64,000 bases of DNA, from positions 7,333-71,332 of the forward strand of contig CAWJAS010000002.1 of the NCBI GenBank assembly GCA_963840935.1. The letters are read 5' to 3'. A program made the translations under genes and the position numbers. The DNA is from Candidatus Magasanikiibacteriota bacterium (GTDB lineage: Bacteria > Patescibacteriota > Patescibacteriia > Magasanikbacterales > GWA2-37-8). Below the pieces are notes generated by a model. The model was not told the DNA's origin and ran no database searches. It saw nothing but the letters and a program-made list of their open reading frames with translations. Numbering within the stretch: position 1 is the first letter of the stretch; every line of letters starts with the position of its first letter. Below are positions 30,846-43,000 of the stretch, in pieces.

Positions 30846-31958
30846 TTATAACAAATCTTTTTCCATTTTAATTAAGGCGTTGATTTCATCTATGGATATT
30901 TTCTCGTTTTTGACTCTTTCTGTCAATTTTGATTTTGCGTTCAGAGCTTCAACCGAGGCATTAACATAGTCAATAAAAAGAGGACTCCCTCGCCAAGCTT
31001 CTAGCGCGTTAATAAAAAGCAAATATGATTCTTCTTTCAAATTAATAAACTTCTGTTTTAATCGGGCGGCGGCTTCTTCAGGATTTGTTGATAAACGACG
31101 AAAATCTGTCAATGTAAAAAATCTGATTTCATCAACCGGTCCCAAGTTCATCGGTTTGGCCGGAGTAATATCCTGCATTATCGGACGGGCTTGGCTGTTA
31201 TTTTTTGGCATTATATCCCCGCTTTCAATCACTCTGCCGGGTGAAGAAATATTTTTTGGCGCATGAATAAAAGGATTATTGGGAGTTGATACTGCCGGAA
31301 AAGGTTCACGGTCTTCTTTTGCTAATGCAGTCGGAGTACCAAGTGGTCTTTTGAGTACCGGCACATTCGTTTCAACCGGTTTTTTTCTTTTTTCTTCAAT
31401 TAATTTCAAAACTTTTTCAGTTTGTTCTTTGTTTAACCCGATTCCCATTTGATTTTCCGGCATCATCATCCAGTCGCGAGCTTCGTCTTCCGAGCGAATA
31501 TCTTTCAGACGCAATTGGACAAGACCGATCAAGCGCTTTTCCGTGTTAGGGTTTAATTTCAAACCGGATTTTTGCACAATTTCTTTTGCTTCAACCAAAC
31601 GGTCTTCAGACTTTGATTTGGTCCCACCCGCTGGCATTTCATCTTCCAAAAGGGATTTGGCGTCTTCTTTGCCAAAAGATACACTCGATTTTGGCGCAGG
31701 ACTCTCAATTTTTTTTACTTGCGGAGGAGTCATCGGCAAAATCTTTTTTATTTCCGGTTTTTTGGGTAGAATTTGTTTTGGCGGTTCGATTTTTTTGGGC
31801 GCTTGCGGAATGACGGTCGGTTTTTTTGGCGGTTCAGCCGGTACTGCCGGAACAACGCTCTTTTTCCCGCGAGCGCGAAACTCCTCGAGCGTTATTTTCT
31901 CGATTGTGCCGTCAGAATGTTTAATTGGAATCAAAGTCGCCATAATTATATATTCCAT
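30846..31958 (-). CDS. hypothetical Pro/Lys-rich protein in the T4SS-like cluster
   Basis: PKKPTVIPQAPKKIEPPKQILPKKPEIKK repeats; no domain recognised. Confidence 0.5.
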   Translation of the reverse strand: MEYIIMATLIPIKHSDGTIEKITLEEFRARGKKSVVPAVPAEPPKKPTVIPQAPKKIEPPKQILPKKPEIKKILPMTPPQVKKIESPAPKSSVSFGKEDAKSLLEDEMPAGGTKSKSEDRLVEAKEIVQKSGLKLNPNTEKRLIGLVQLRLKDIRSEDEARDWMMMPENQMGIGLNKEQTEKVLKLIEEKRKKPVETNVPVLKRPLGTPTALAKEDREPFPAVSTPNNPFIHAPKNISSPGRVIESGDIMPKNNSQARPIMQDITPAKPMNLGPVDEIRFFTLTDFRRLSTNPEEAAARLKQKFINLKEESYLLFINALEAWRGSPLFIDYVNASVEALNAKSKLTERVKNEKISIDEINALIKMEKDLL

Positions 31959-33013
31959 TTGAATTTGCCGGACTCTTCATCAAAATAATAAAGCTCGGCG
32001 ATTTTTGGGTCATTGTATTTTTTTGAAGCTTTTTCCAAAGCCATCATCACCGAATCCAAATCTTCATAATTACCATTCGTGTCTTTTTCAAAGACGGCGT
32101 CAATTTTTTGATAAATTTCGGAATATGAGGGTTTAACTAATTCTGGTTGCGAAGAAACATCGGGCATAACTGCGGGAATATTTTTTTGCGCTACAACCGA
32201 TGTAGTTTTGAAAACAGGCGCGAGTTTTACAGGTGTATTACCAATTTTATTTTCACTTAATATCAGTATTGAATTCGGTATTTCAGGCACTTCTGTCGGT
32301 GGGAAACTTTTTTCAAAAGAAGAAATATCAGCCACATATTCTTCTATGTCTTCAATATTGGACCGAGTATAACTCAAAACTTTTACAGCCATTTCCTCCG
32401 GCTTTGTCTCCAAGAAGAATTCTAGCAAATCAAACAATTCAGTATAAAAATCATTTGCTTCCGCCATAAAAAACTCTACAGCGAATTCGTCGTTATCCAA
32501 ATTAATTATTTTTCTTATTTTTTCGATAAACTGCGCCATCTCAATTGAGTCCCTGCCTTTACTGCGAATAAGTTTCATTTCTTGGACTGCGTCAGCTATT
32601 GTGTATTTTTTTTCTTCCCAATACCCGATAATGGCACCGGACTGGAGTAACGCGTCTTTGACTTGAATAAAAAGAGTGCGATACTCGTCAATGCGTATGC
32701 ATTTAGTGTTAAAAAACCAAATAATTTTTAAAAACACATCAAAATTCAAAAATAAAGCTTCGGCAATTTGTTTTTTAATCGCCAATTCGACAAATTCTTC
32801 TTTTGACAACCAAACCAAATCTTCCCATATCATTTCCGTGAGATGAGCAAAATTACCGTACCGGTCAGAATAATCTTCTTCATATGAAGTGGCTGTATAT
32901 TTGCCAAGCAAAGCGATTTTTAATTCGGTTTTTTGCTGTAAATTCAATTTATTAAAAAAATCGCGTTCTTCTTTTAACTTGGCCATGTCAAATTTTATCG
33001 ACACTGCGTTCAT
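31946..33013 (-). CDS. hypothetical protein in the T4SS-like cluster
   Basis: long ORF overlapping its downstream neighbour by 13 nt. Confidence 0.5.
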   Translation of the reverse strand: MNAVSIKFDMAKLKEERDFFNKLNLQQKTELKIALLGKYTATSYEEDYSDRYGNFAHLTEMIWEDLVWLSKEEFVELAIKKQIAEALFLNFDVFLKIIWFFNTKCIRIDEYRTLFIQVKDALLQSGAIIGYWEEKKYTIADAVQEMKLIRSKGRDSIEMAQFIEKIRKIINLDNDEFAVEFFMAEANDFYTELFDLLEFFLETKPEEMAVKVLSYTRSNIEDIEEYVADISSFEKSFPPTEVPEIPNSILILSENKIGNTPVKLAPVFKTTSVVAQKNIPAVMPDVSSQPELVKPSYSEIYQKIDAVFEKDTNGNYEDLDSVMMALEKASKKYNDPKIAELYYFDEESGKFKWNI

Positions 33014-33050
33014 AATTATTAATTACTTTTATATTTCTCAATTTAATACA

Positions 33051-35774
33051 TTAATAATTGGGACTGATAATTGGCTCATATTCTTCACCACCTTGATATT
33101 CATCTATTCTAGAAAATAACGGAACAGGCTCTTTACCTTTAACCGGAACTTTAATACCATCGCCTAATGCATCTTTTATCTTTTCATCAAGACGCGCGAA
33201 CAAGGCTTTCACGCCTTTGTCATTATCCGGATTAGCTTTTATCATACCATTAACAACAAGCTGAAGATTTTGTTTTATTTGGCCCTTTCTCTCGTCACTC
33301 GCCGTTAATACTTCTGAGAATATTTCATTCAAATCAGCGACATCTTGAAACGCGACATTAGCCGCCCGTGGAGGCGTAATTCCTCGATACCTGCTAACCA
33401 AATTATCTCTGGCCGCTTCGCTGTCGCAGCTTAATCTCACTTTGCCATCAGCGTGGTCACGATCAACCATGCCTCTCAAACCTCTCGCCCTACCGGCTGA
33501 AGCTTGGCTGCGCGCTTGTATTACTTTATTCTCGCGAAATCTATTATCATCATCATTGGTTGGGTCAACCAATTTCCAAGAACCATCACGATTTGTCCTC
33601 ATTAAACCGGCAAAAGAAATTGCGCCATTATCGGCCATATTTTCAAAAGAATTTGCGAGCACTGTCATCGCGCCTTCAAATTGTCCTCCCATTTTTGTCT
33701 TTAATTCATCAAACGCAGTTCTGACAGCATCGGTTGAAGCATCGACTTGTCTATCAAGATGAGCCGATAAAAAATCGGCTTGTTGAGCAACAACATCGCC
33801 CGCTTCTCTAACGCCTTGAGTCGGGCTAACAATTGCCATAGCTTTGACACCCAGCGAAGCGCTTCGTGACATAGCCGCCTGCATCATATCAGTCAAATCT
33901 TCAGTCAAAGCCTCTCTCTTTGTTGAGCCAACTTCACTCTGATCGCGCGCTGTCTTAATTCTCTCCATTTCACTTAAAAATAAATCCGCGTTTTGCGTAT
34001 TCCAAAATTCCATATCTTCTTTTTTATGTCTGGCTGCCAAATCTTGGGTATAACGAGTTGTCGCAACACCCCTTCTGTGTTCATACTCAGTATTTCTTGC
34101 TTCAGCCACTCTACCTTGCTCGGCTCGTTCTCCTTCAATTTTTAAACGCGCTGTTTGCGCTTCTCGAAAATACAACCCTTCTTCACCTTTAAACATTCCG
34201 GGTTCTTGCTTGATTAATTTCTCAATGGCTTCGTTAGAACGTTTTGTTTTTACATATTCTTTACCTTTTCCCAACGCCTTAATTTTCGCCTCTAGATAAG
34301 CGGTTTCATCCTTCATTTTGGGCGGAGCGCCAACTGTTGAAGCACCGGTAATTTGTTGTCGCAACTCAATTTGTTTTTTTAATTCATCCATTCTACCTTT
34401 TCTGCCACCAACTTGAAGCCTTTGTCTTATTCCGCCGGCCTTATACCCTCCCATTACTTTTTCATTCCAAAACCCAACTGCTTCGCCTGCTTTCTTTTTC
34501 ATTCTCAAACCCCTTTCTTGCCACGCCTCACCCCCAACAATTGGAGCTTTCATCGCCGCAAACTTACCCGCTTTTTTTGCTCCGCTCACTGCCGCGCGCC
34601 CGGCCGTCCTTGCCCCCCATTTAACCGCTGCCACACCACTCATCATCGCCGCGCCCTTCATGGCAAACGCGCCGGCTTGACCCATAATTTCTGAACCGGC
34701 CGCACCGAGTTTTGTGGCAACTTTAACACCGGCCATAAGCATAAAAAAAGCGATTAGAAAACTGGCCAACTGTTCGCTTTCCAAAAATTTATTCAAATTA
34801 GACCCGCCCTCCTCCTCGCCTTCTCGTGAAACAGTTTCCATCTCTGCCTTGTAATTATCGCCCATCGGGTATGAGCTTTCAGCAAACTCACTATGCGCCA
34901 TTCCCCCGCCGGCCACGGCAAAAGCCAACCATAAGAAAAAAGCCAAAACCGGTCCGATAATAACGTTATTGGAAAATTCACTCCACCATTGACTGGAATA
35001 TGTTTGAAATTTTGGAATAATTCCAAGGATAAAAGCAAGGGGAGAAAGTATTATTAAAATCCACAAAGCAATTACGCGCGATAAAAGAACGATTAAATAA
35101 CCACCCATAACCAACATGGTGCCAAAAGCAAAAATCATTGCCATCATGGCCGAGGCCACCATATTCCCGGAACTCATTTCTGTTGGACTGACATTTTTAG
35201 AAAAAGAAACTATGTCGTTTAATTGCAAGGCATTGAATATATTGCCACCGGCTGTAGCCGCGACTCCACTAATAAAAGTCATCATAAAAACCTGCGCCGC
35301 ATCAATTATCACTCCGCAAATTACGCGTGAAAAATTAACCAAAATTGCGGCCAGCACAAATTTTACCAATAATTTTTTCCATTCATATTGCTCAATGCCA
35401 AGAACCGTGACAAACGCGATAAGCATTAAAATGATTACAAAAAACATGTTCGTGATATCGCGCACCAAAATCCAACCCAAACCCACCGCGTTTGAATTAA
35501 TATAACCGTTGTAACTGGCAATTTCTATGACAAATTTCAAAATAAAAATAGTCAAACCCATGAACTTTGAAGCAATCCACAAAAACAAATCACCAATAGC
35601 CATTAATATTGAATCACCTATACTGCCGTCTTCGCCACGCGCAATATCTCCGACAACAAAAAGGAAGAAAAGGCAAAGGCCGGCAACAAAAATTCCGGAC
35701 ATCAAACCCAGCCGAGTTTTCGGTTTGATTATATTCAAAAATTGTTTTCCCTTCTGAACCAGGGAATTTACCAT
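33051..35774 (-). CDS. large polytopic membrane protein (VirB6/TrbL-like channel candidate) with coiled-coil C-terminal region
   Basis: ~10 TM helices in the first 450 aa, then charged coiled-coil; start at ATG 35774 downstream of TTGTGC-17-TGTGGTATAAT. Confidence 0.55.
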   Translation of the reverse strand: MVNSLVQKGKQFLNIIKPKTRLGLMSGIFVAGLCLFFLFVVGDIARGEDGSIGDSILMAIGDLFLWIASKFMGLTIFILKFVIEIASYNGYINSNAVGLGWILVRDITNMFFVIILMLIAFVTVLGIEQYEWKKLLVKFVLAAILVNFSRVICGVIIDAAQVFMMTFISGVAATAGGNIFNALQLNDIVSFSKNVSPTEMSSGNMVASAMMAMIFAFGTMLVMGGYLIVLLSRVIALWILIILSPLAFILGIIPKFQTYSSQWWSEFSNNVIIGPVLAFFLWLAFAVAGGGMAHSEFAESSYPMGDNYKAEMETVSREGEEEGGSNLNKFLESEQLASFLIAFFMLMAGVKVATKLGAAGSEIMGQAGAFAMKGAAMMSGVAAVKWGARTAGRAAVSGAKKAGKFAAMKAPIVGGEAWQERGLRMKKKAGEAVGFWNEKVMGGYKAGGIRQRLQVGGRKGRMDELKKQIELRQQITGASTVGAPPKMKDETAYLEAKIKALGKGKEYVKTKRSNEAIEKLIKQEPGMFKGEEGLYFREAQTARLKIEGERAEQGRVAEARNTEYEHRRGVATTRYTQDLAARHKKEDMEFWNTQNADLFLSEMERIKTARDQSEVGSTKREALTEDLTDMMQAAMSRSASLGVKAMAIVSPTQGVREAGDVVAQQADFLSAHLDRQVDASTDAVRTAFDELKTKMGGQFEGAMTVLANSFENMADNGAISFAGLMRTNRDGSWKLVDPTNDDDNRFRENKVIQARSQASAGRARGLRGMVDRDHADGKVRLSCDSEAARDNLVSRYRGITPPRAANVAFQDVADLNEIFSEVLTASDERKGQIKQNLQLVVNGMIKANPDNDKGVKALFARLDEKIKDALGDGIKVPVKGKEPVPLFSRIDEYQGGEEYEPIISPNY

Positions 35775-35913
35775 ATAATCTTTATTTGCATAGATTACTT
35801 TAATATTATACCACATAATAACAGCGCGCACAAAGTAAAATATGACGCATTTTTATCCACAGAAATTTAGTATTTTATTTATAAAAAATAATTATTATTG
35901 CGAGGGCTGACTA

Positions 35914-35942
35914 TTGACAAAACCGTCAAAATGTGCTATTAT
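35914..35942 (+). promoter_or_regulatory. strong sigma-70 promoter (TTGACA-17-TATTAT with TGTG) for the second DTDS lipoprotein
   Basis: cTATTGACAaaaccgtcaaaaTGTGcTATTAT, near-identical to the promoter at 10653. Confidence 0.45.
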
Positions 35943-36070
35943 ATCTTGTTTAGTGCCAGAAAATGGCCTAAAATATAAATAATAATAGGTTCTTTACAAT
36001 ATAGGCAGGAAAAACAAACAAAAGACGCAGGGCGTCTCTATGAAGGACGCTGAGCGTCCGGGAGGATACC

Positions 36071-36649
36071 ATGGAAAAGAAGATGGACCTGAAGCGTCTG
36101 TTCGTGGTTTTCGTCATGACCGCCGGCCTCATCGCCTACGGCATGCTCACGAACGGTTGCGACGAGGGCGACGACGACTGCGCGGACACCGACTGCGACT
36201 CGGACAGCGATACCGACGGCGACACCGACTCGGATACGGATTCGGACACGGATTCCGATACCGACTCCGACACCGACTCGGATACGGACACCGACACCGA
36301 GGTCGACCCGCACGCCTGCGACTGTTTGAACGGCGAGTCGGACGAGGAAGGGTGCGTGGACATCGAGGGTGATTGGTACGTTTACGACTTCTGCTGTGAG
36401 GCAGACGAATTGATGACTGTGGTATTGACTCCGCTCGAAGACAACTGCAAGATCGAGTTTTCGGGTGACGGCGCATGGTTTATTAACTTACATTTCGAGA
36501 CCACCGAACTGCCGACCGAGCTGCACGACGAGGATGAGGACGCAACATACGAGCTGTTGATTGATGAGTATGGCAGACTCATCCAAAAAAAAACCTGGAA
36601 TGCATCGGGTGATGATGATTTCATCGCCTACGAAAGATGTGATTGCTGA
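36071..36649 (+). CDS. secreted lipoprotein with (DTDS)n repeats and Cys-rich acidic C-terminal domain; GC-rich gene
   Basis: LIAYGMLTNGC lipobox; DTDGDTDSDTDSDTDSDTDSDTDSDTDTDTE; GGAGG before the ATG. Confidence 0.75.
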   Translation: MEKKMDLKRLFVVFVMTAGLIAYGMLTNGCDEGDDDCADTDCDSDSDTDGDTDSDTDSDTDSDTDSDTDSDTDTDTEVDPHACDCLNGESDEEGCVDIEGDWYVYDFCCEADELMTVVLTPLEDNCKIEFSGDGAWFINLHFETTELPTELHDEDEDATYELLIDEYGRLIQKKTWNASGDDDFIAYERCDC

Positions 36650-36710
36650 CCTGCCTATTGCCTTGGCACCACGCCAAGGTCCTGCCCTTCGGAGCATCCT
36701 GCTCCAGACA

Positions 36711-36737
36711 CCCGCGATTTCATCGCGGGTTTTTATT
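36711..36737 (+). terminator. rho-independent terminator after the lipoprotein gene
   Basis: cccgcgat-ttc-atcgcggg followed by tttttatt. Confidence 0.55.
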
Positions 36738-36940
36738 CCCGTCAGTCGCGACTGACGGGATTTTATTATGTCATTCTGAGACGTAGCCGAAGAATTTTTT
36801 ACTTGTCATTCCCGTGTCCCGAAGGGATCACTTTGGGAAAGACGGGAATCCAGACAATAGATCCTTCACTCCGTTCAGGATGACAAAATGGGATTGCTTC
36901 GTCACTGCGTTCCTCGCAATGACAAGGTGATGGAATGACA

Positions 36941-36972
36941 AAACCCGTCAGTCGTGACTGACGGGTTTAATT
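36941..36972. terminator. bidirectional hairpin terminator (22-bp palindrome cccgtcagtcgtgactgacggg) for the giant gene and the plus-strand transcript
   Basis: perfect palindrome flanked by A run upstream and T run downstream; nearly identical palindrome at 36738..36759. Confidence 0.5.
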
Positions 36973-37016
36973 TGGATTTAATTGGAAATTTGAAATTTTA
37001 ATTTTGGAATTTACGA

Positions 37017-40000
37017 TTAGCTTCCTGCCATCGGCACAACCACCACCCAGCCATCATAATATATCCAAGGTCTCACCTTATTTATTTCACAATCATTAAC
37101 AGTCATCTCACTATAACACCCTTTCCCATCTACTTGTGGATTTGAAGAATATGTACAACTCCCCGTGCACCAACCCCAATTATCAAGCACATGAACTTTT
37201 GGCCGGGCAACGCAAACATATGGGGCATTATAAAAATTCTGACGGATATAATTCCAATCAATTGACCTGCCGGAAATCGGAGTATCCGGCTGTTCGTTGC
37301 TCATCACAATCTCCATTGTGCCATAAGGGCAATTATAGTCCATTACAAAATCCCAAGGTTTATCTTTGCAACCGGTGTCTGTGGTGTTGCCGAAAGTTCG
37401 CTCCTCGGCGCTTTGCGGATAACAAGATGAACCACCGCAATCGGCATTAGTATTGCACGTAAAAGGCCAATCTTCTTCGTCGTTACCGCATGTACTATCA
37501 GTGCACAAAGGTTTTCTATTACCTATTGAATCGCTAATTTCCGAATCAACTTGTGTATCATTATCATCACCTTTATTAACAACCACTCTGCGTAAGGGCA
37601 TTTGATTGCCATGCGCCCAAGCATAAAATTTAATTCGCGTCTGCGAACCGGAAAATAAATAAATATTCCCACTGGTGGTGCCATTGACAGAAATTTTGTC
37701 TAACTCCCAAGAACTGCCTGATGGCGCGGCAACTTGAGGCGGATAAATATCCATTTGTCCAATTCTACTTGCATTTGTTGGATTCGCAGCATCAACTTCT
37801 TGATAATACGATACATACCCGATATCAAAACCGTTTTCCACGTCATTATAATAATAATCATAGACTTTTGCGAACATGCTTTTCATCAACACTTTTTCAA
37901 AAGGCCCTTGTTGCATTGAAGTAGTATCTTCCATGGCATCCAAACTATATTTAAAATATTCGGGAAGACAATAAGACCCAGTACAATCATTTTTACGCTT
38001 ACCGCTCCAAGCAACAGACAGCGGGGTGCCAGCCTTATAATTTGTAAACGCATAATTATTATCTTGACTTCCGTTTTGCGAAAAAGGAATATTCTTTGTA
38101 TCTAAATTTAAATTAAAAACAAATGGGTTAATAAAAGCTGCGGTGGTAATACCTGTGATATCCACTAATCCGGATTCTGTACTGTAAGCAAGGCCGTATT
38201 TTCCGCCATTCAACGTCTCTTCTCGAGGAGAAACTTGCGCGGTCGTTGGATAATTACTACTAAAACTGACGACCTTATCTGTATTTAATCGATTGGTAAA
38301 CGGTTTGGCCAAGAAGTCGCTCGTGCTACTAACCATTGAGACCTGAGCGAACTTTTGACATTTACCGGGAGCAAAATGAATAACAAAGAAATAGCCTAAA
38401 CCGGAGTTGCCAGAATGTAAACCATTTTCAACATTCAACCAAATACCGCGGAAATAGTATTGATCATCAAATACTATCCTAACTCCGATACTTTCTTTTT
38501 CATCTTCAAAAGCATGATAAACCATTCTGTCTTTATCTTCACAAATTCCCTCAATAGCTATTTTTTCCTTACCTAAATCAGTGCTACTTCCATCAGACCA
38601 TTGATTCAACCAATTCGGACTGCCACTGTTTTTTGCATACCAAGTCCAGGCGCGCCAATCTTTACCGTCTTTACACAAATTATCCAACGAAGCGGTTGAA
38701 ATACTTGTTTCACCTTCATTGGTTATCCAACCACCGTCTTCTGTAATAAAAGCTCTGTTTGATTCTTCCTCTGCGTCCGCATCGACTGAATCTCTTATGA
38801 AACTGACCCACCCTCCTCCTTTTGGCATATTGGTCGCGCTGTCAAGAAATACATCTATTCTTTCTATTTCATCGCGATGAATATATTTTCCGCTTTCAGT
38901 GTTCAACCATTTTCTATCTGTATACCACCAACCCTCGTTGTCCCTGCACCCTTCCGGTGTCTCATAGCAACCCCTTTGTGTCAATTCATCAACATCTGTA
39001 ATGTCAACATTTACAGGACAGTACCAGCCATTAGAATCATTACTATCGGTAGACTGATAGTAACGCATATCCCAACCCCAATCACTACTAACTTCATATG
39101 AACAACCGATTAATATCGCGTTATCCGGAACACCTTTTATGCCCATACCGGCTGACAAACTTAAATCAGAAATCATTGAATCGTCTCTCATCATTCCTTT
39201 GGGCCAATTACCTCCGAAATCTTTTGCATTAGAATTACCCATGGCAATGCCGACATTTTGATATGAATCTTGTATAGTAGGCTCATTTTCCAAACACATA
39301 AATCTATCCTGCGCGCCTTCAAGAATTTCATATCCGGCATTCGGGTCTTGCTCCCAATAATTGGGAATACCCGGCGGATATTCGAGTGGGAACCAAGTCA
39401 AACAAGCATTGGAAGTTGAACCGTAAATTCTTTGGCGTTCGTCTCGTTCGGTGCAATAGCCAAGCCAGCCATTCATCACTTGAAAACTATTTATTTTGGA
39501 GCAGATTCCACCTTCTCCGCATTGAGTGGTTGTTTCCGGGTCAGTGCAAAATTTGCCTTTGTACGGGCCGGATGAACAAATATAATTACCGGACATTGAT
39601 TCTGTTTTGCTTATACGCTTGTAAACATCGCCACTGCCGGTTTTTAATTTTCGATATGAACAATAATAATCATAATCGCAAGAAACCGGATTGCCATTAT
39701 CACTATAACATAAGTTCACATTTTCAAATCCCGTTTTGTATTGAAGCGGTTTATCTCTTTCATAATCAATAAGCACGCTCGACCTGAAAGGACTGACTTC
39801 TTCGGCATATGCCCGGCAAGTCAATACTCTTGATTGCGCCGGATTTGTGGCGCTGTATCCTTTCAAACATTCGCCGTTATAACAATAACCCCAAGTACCA
39901 CCGGGCCCGCACTGGTCGCCATCGTCTTTTTGTCCATAAAGAAGATCTGCGGAATCATAACAGCTATTGATATCGTCTTCATTCAAAAAACTATATTGAT

Positions 40001-43000
40001 TGTTCACATAAACCAAACGATAAGTGTCATCAATTTTTCTGGCTGTAAGGTCGGGCACTTGATAAGTGTTAAAAAGCGAATAACCGGAAAAATCCCAGGA
40101 ATCCCAAGAGGTCATCAAATCCTGATAATAATCTTTTGACAATGTTTCACCTTTTGTATCCCAATCGGTCGCCGGTTCGGCGCAATCCTTGACCACTCGA
40201 CCGGCGACAGTGTCAACCGCGCCGGCGCGATTACAAACACCAAGATGATAGCAACGATTTTTTATTTCACCGGAATCTTCATCTTCAAATTCTTGTTTAA
40301 GGTCGCAATAGGCCCACTCTCCGCAAACACGGTCTTGAGTCACTTTAATAATAATATTGGCGTCATTACTACCAGTAAGAGAAACCGGCGCGACAAGAGC
40401 GTCGTTTAATTCACGCGATGTTTCATATGATGAAGTGGTGTGCCAAAATTTATTTGGATTGCCGGTTTTATCAAGCAAAACACATCCTTCCGCTCGGCTG
40501 ATTTGGCCGTTACACTTGCTTTGAGCTTCACTTAATTTTGTATTATCAATTAAATAATAGGCGTTGCTCGTATTAACCACGCAATATCCGTCAGTTTCCG
40601 GAACACAGTCACTATCGGCATTGCACTTTTTACCGCTAATGGAACATTTTTTGTTTTCTTGCGTACTACTCCAATCAATAAATTCATTACAACCCGACTG
40701 TTCTTCGGGGCAAAGACCGACAAAACCGGTATATTTTTCTGTGTTGCCGAATGACCAAAGACCATACACTCCAAAAGATTTATTTTCCGCGTAACAAGGA
40801 AGTTGATTTTTGAACATACATTTACCTATGCCAATATGGTTCTCACAGTCGGTGTCAGCGGTACAGGCTCGACCCATATATAATCCGGCGTCTTCCAAAA
40901 TACAAATTCCGGTATCTTTCCATATCCACCCGGTTGAGTTAGGATGCGCGGATAATTTCGAAGTTGAAGTTGGTTGCATTTGCAATGTTGCCGGCAAATG
41001 GATAGCGATAAAGGCTTCTGTCTTGTATTCACAAATCAAACCGCCGTTTGTTACCGGGTCTTTAAAGTAATAATTGCTCTGGCTTGAAGACCATGATTTG
41101 CAGGATTCGGCCTCGGAGAAACAAGACATTGATTCATAAAGAGCCGGGTCATTTTTTATGCCCACGGCCTCAAATGTTTCATAGTGAGTGAACAGCGTGG
41201 TTGGATTGCCAAAAAAATCAAAATTATAACTCTTTCCGCTTATGTTTGTTGTGGCGCGCCCCACAACTTGGCAACCCATATTTTCGGATTTGCATGTGGC
41301 TGATTTATTGGCCACCAAATATATGGGCGTGCTTGACGGAGTATCCGCCGGAATAAATATGGTTGAATCAACCAACTTTGGCTTTGCGTTATCACCGACA
41401 GTTTCCCCGCCGTTAAATATTTGCTCCGCGGTTTTATCAAAAACATCAACATAACAACCTGTCTGGCCGGTCGGGGCAAAACATTCAAAAAGTTCACCAT
41501 CTATTGTTGCTTTTGCTTGCATCCCCGGAGTTAAACTGGGTTCATACATAAGCAATTCCAATCGCACATTATAAGCGCGGGAAGTCGTATCTTCCGGAGT
41601 GTTAAATGTGTCAATCAAAGCGGTGCAACCAACCGCCGCTTCACGGCATAAATAATTAAAATTGGTAAGATAGTAATTGGTTTGTGTCGGGTCAGTGTAT
41701 GCCGAACAACCCAAGGCCTCGCCCGGTAAATTATCATTTGTGTTACTGTCGCAAATCGGGTCAACACTCAAAGAATTTTTTACCAAATACAGGTAATCAT
41801 CAACTTCCGTCAAAATAATATTATCTATATAAATCTGCCCGACACTATTCCCGAAAGTAAAACGCAATTCACCGCTCAAGGTATCTTCTCCGTTGTATTC
41901 AACCGGTCCCAAGGAATAATAGCGCCAAACATCCGATAAAACTAAAGTGTTGTCAGATAATGATTGCTCTGTCATGGTGGAATTATCCAACAAAGCAATT
42001 TTGTTTATCGCTAAATTGCCTTTCGCCCAAAATGACAAAACGTAATTCTTGCCTTTTTTAAATGATAAATTAATTTTACCGGCCAGACTATTAGCAGATG
42101 CCGATTCGGCTGTAATTTTGAGAGAATGACCTTCGAGCTGAGTCGATTCCGTGGAAATTATCTCGCTCATGCTAGCCGTAGTTTTCCAATCAATCGTTGT
42201 GGTTGAATATTCAAAATCCTCTTCAACAATCTTGCGAACATTGTATCCGGCGTTACCTTTGAAGGACCGGCATGAATTTGATTCGGCAGAACAGGCAATA
42301 CTATCGCCGGCGCCATTTGTGTTGCCGGTAAAGCCCATATAGAAACAAGCATTGCTTCGGAATTCAACCGTGGCATCACCGGTGTGGTTGTCAACTTCAC
42401 CATTATCAAAATCAAACGGACAGCGAGGGGCCTCGCTTTCATAAGAAATCAATTCAGTGTTATTAAGCCGGTACGGAGTGCACTGGTCGGTGACAATTAA
42501 TGTTTTTGAAAGCATGGCATAATGCGTGTCGCCAAATTCATCAATAAATTGATGACAATCTGGTTCGGCCGTTTTGTTAGCGTAGCTCTCTTCCGAGCAA
42601 TAATCATTATCCGGCGCGGTATATTTATTCATCTCATCTCCATCGCGATAAATTTGTTTAGGCCCGTTTGATTTGTCGCTCTTCGCCAAAGTATATGTTT
42701 TAATTTCATAGCCTTTTGTTTCGGAACGCTCATAGACAGTGTAATTTCTTTGCAAATTTTGGTCAGGCAAAATGCACGGACGCAAATAAGTGAAGTATTC
42801 GTTTTGTTCCAATCCGCCGACCGTGGTGGATAAATTTGTGAACGAACTGCAACCGGCTTCTTCGGCCGAGCAAGTTTTTCCGGATGATGGAATAATGTAT
42901 GTTATTAATTCACCATTGGTGTAGTTACTTGGCATTTCACGATAAGCATCATAACCAACGCATTTGTAATCGCATTGGTCGTTCCATGTGACAATTCCCC

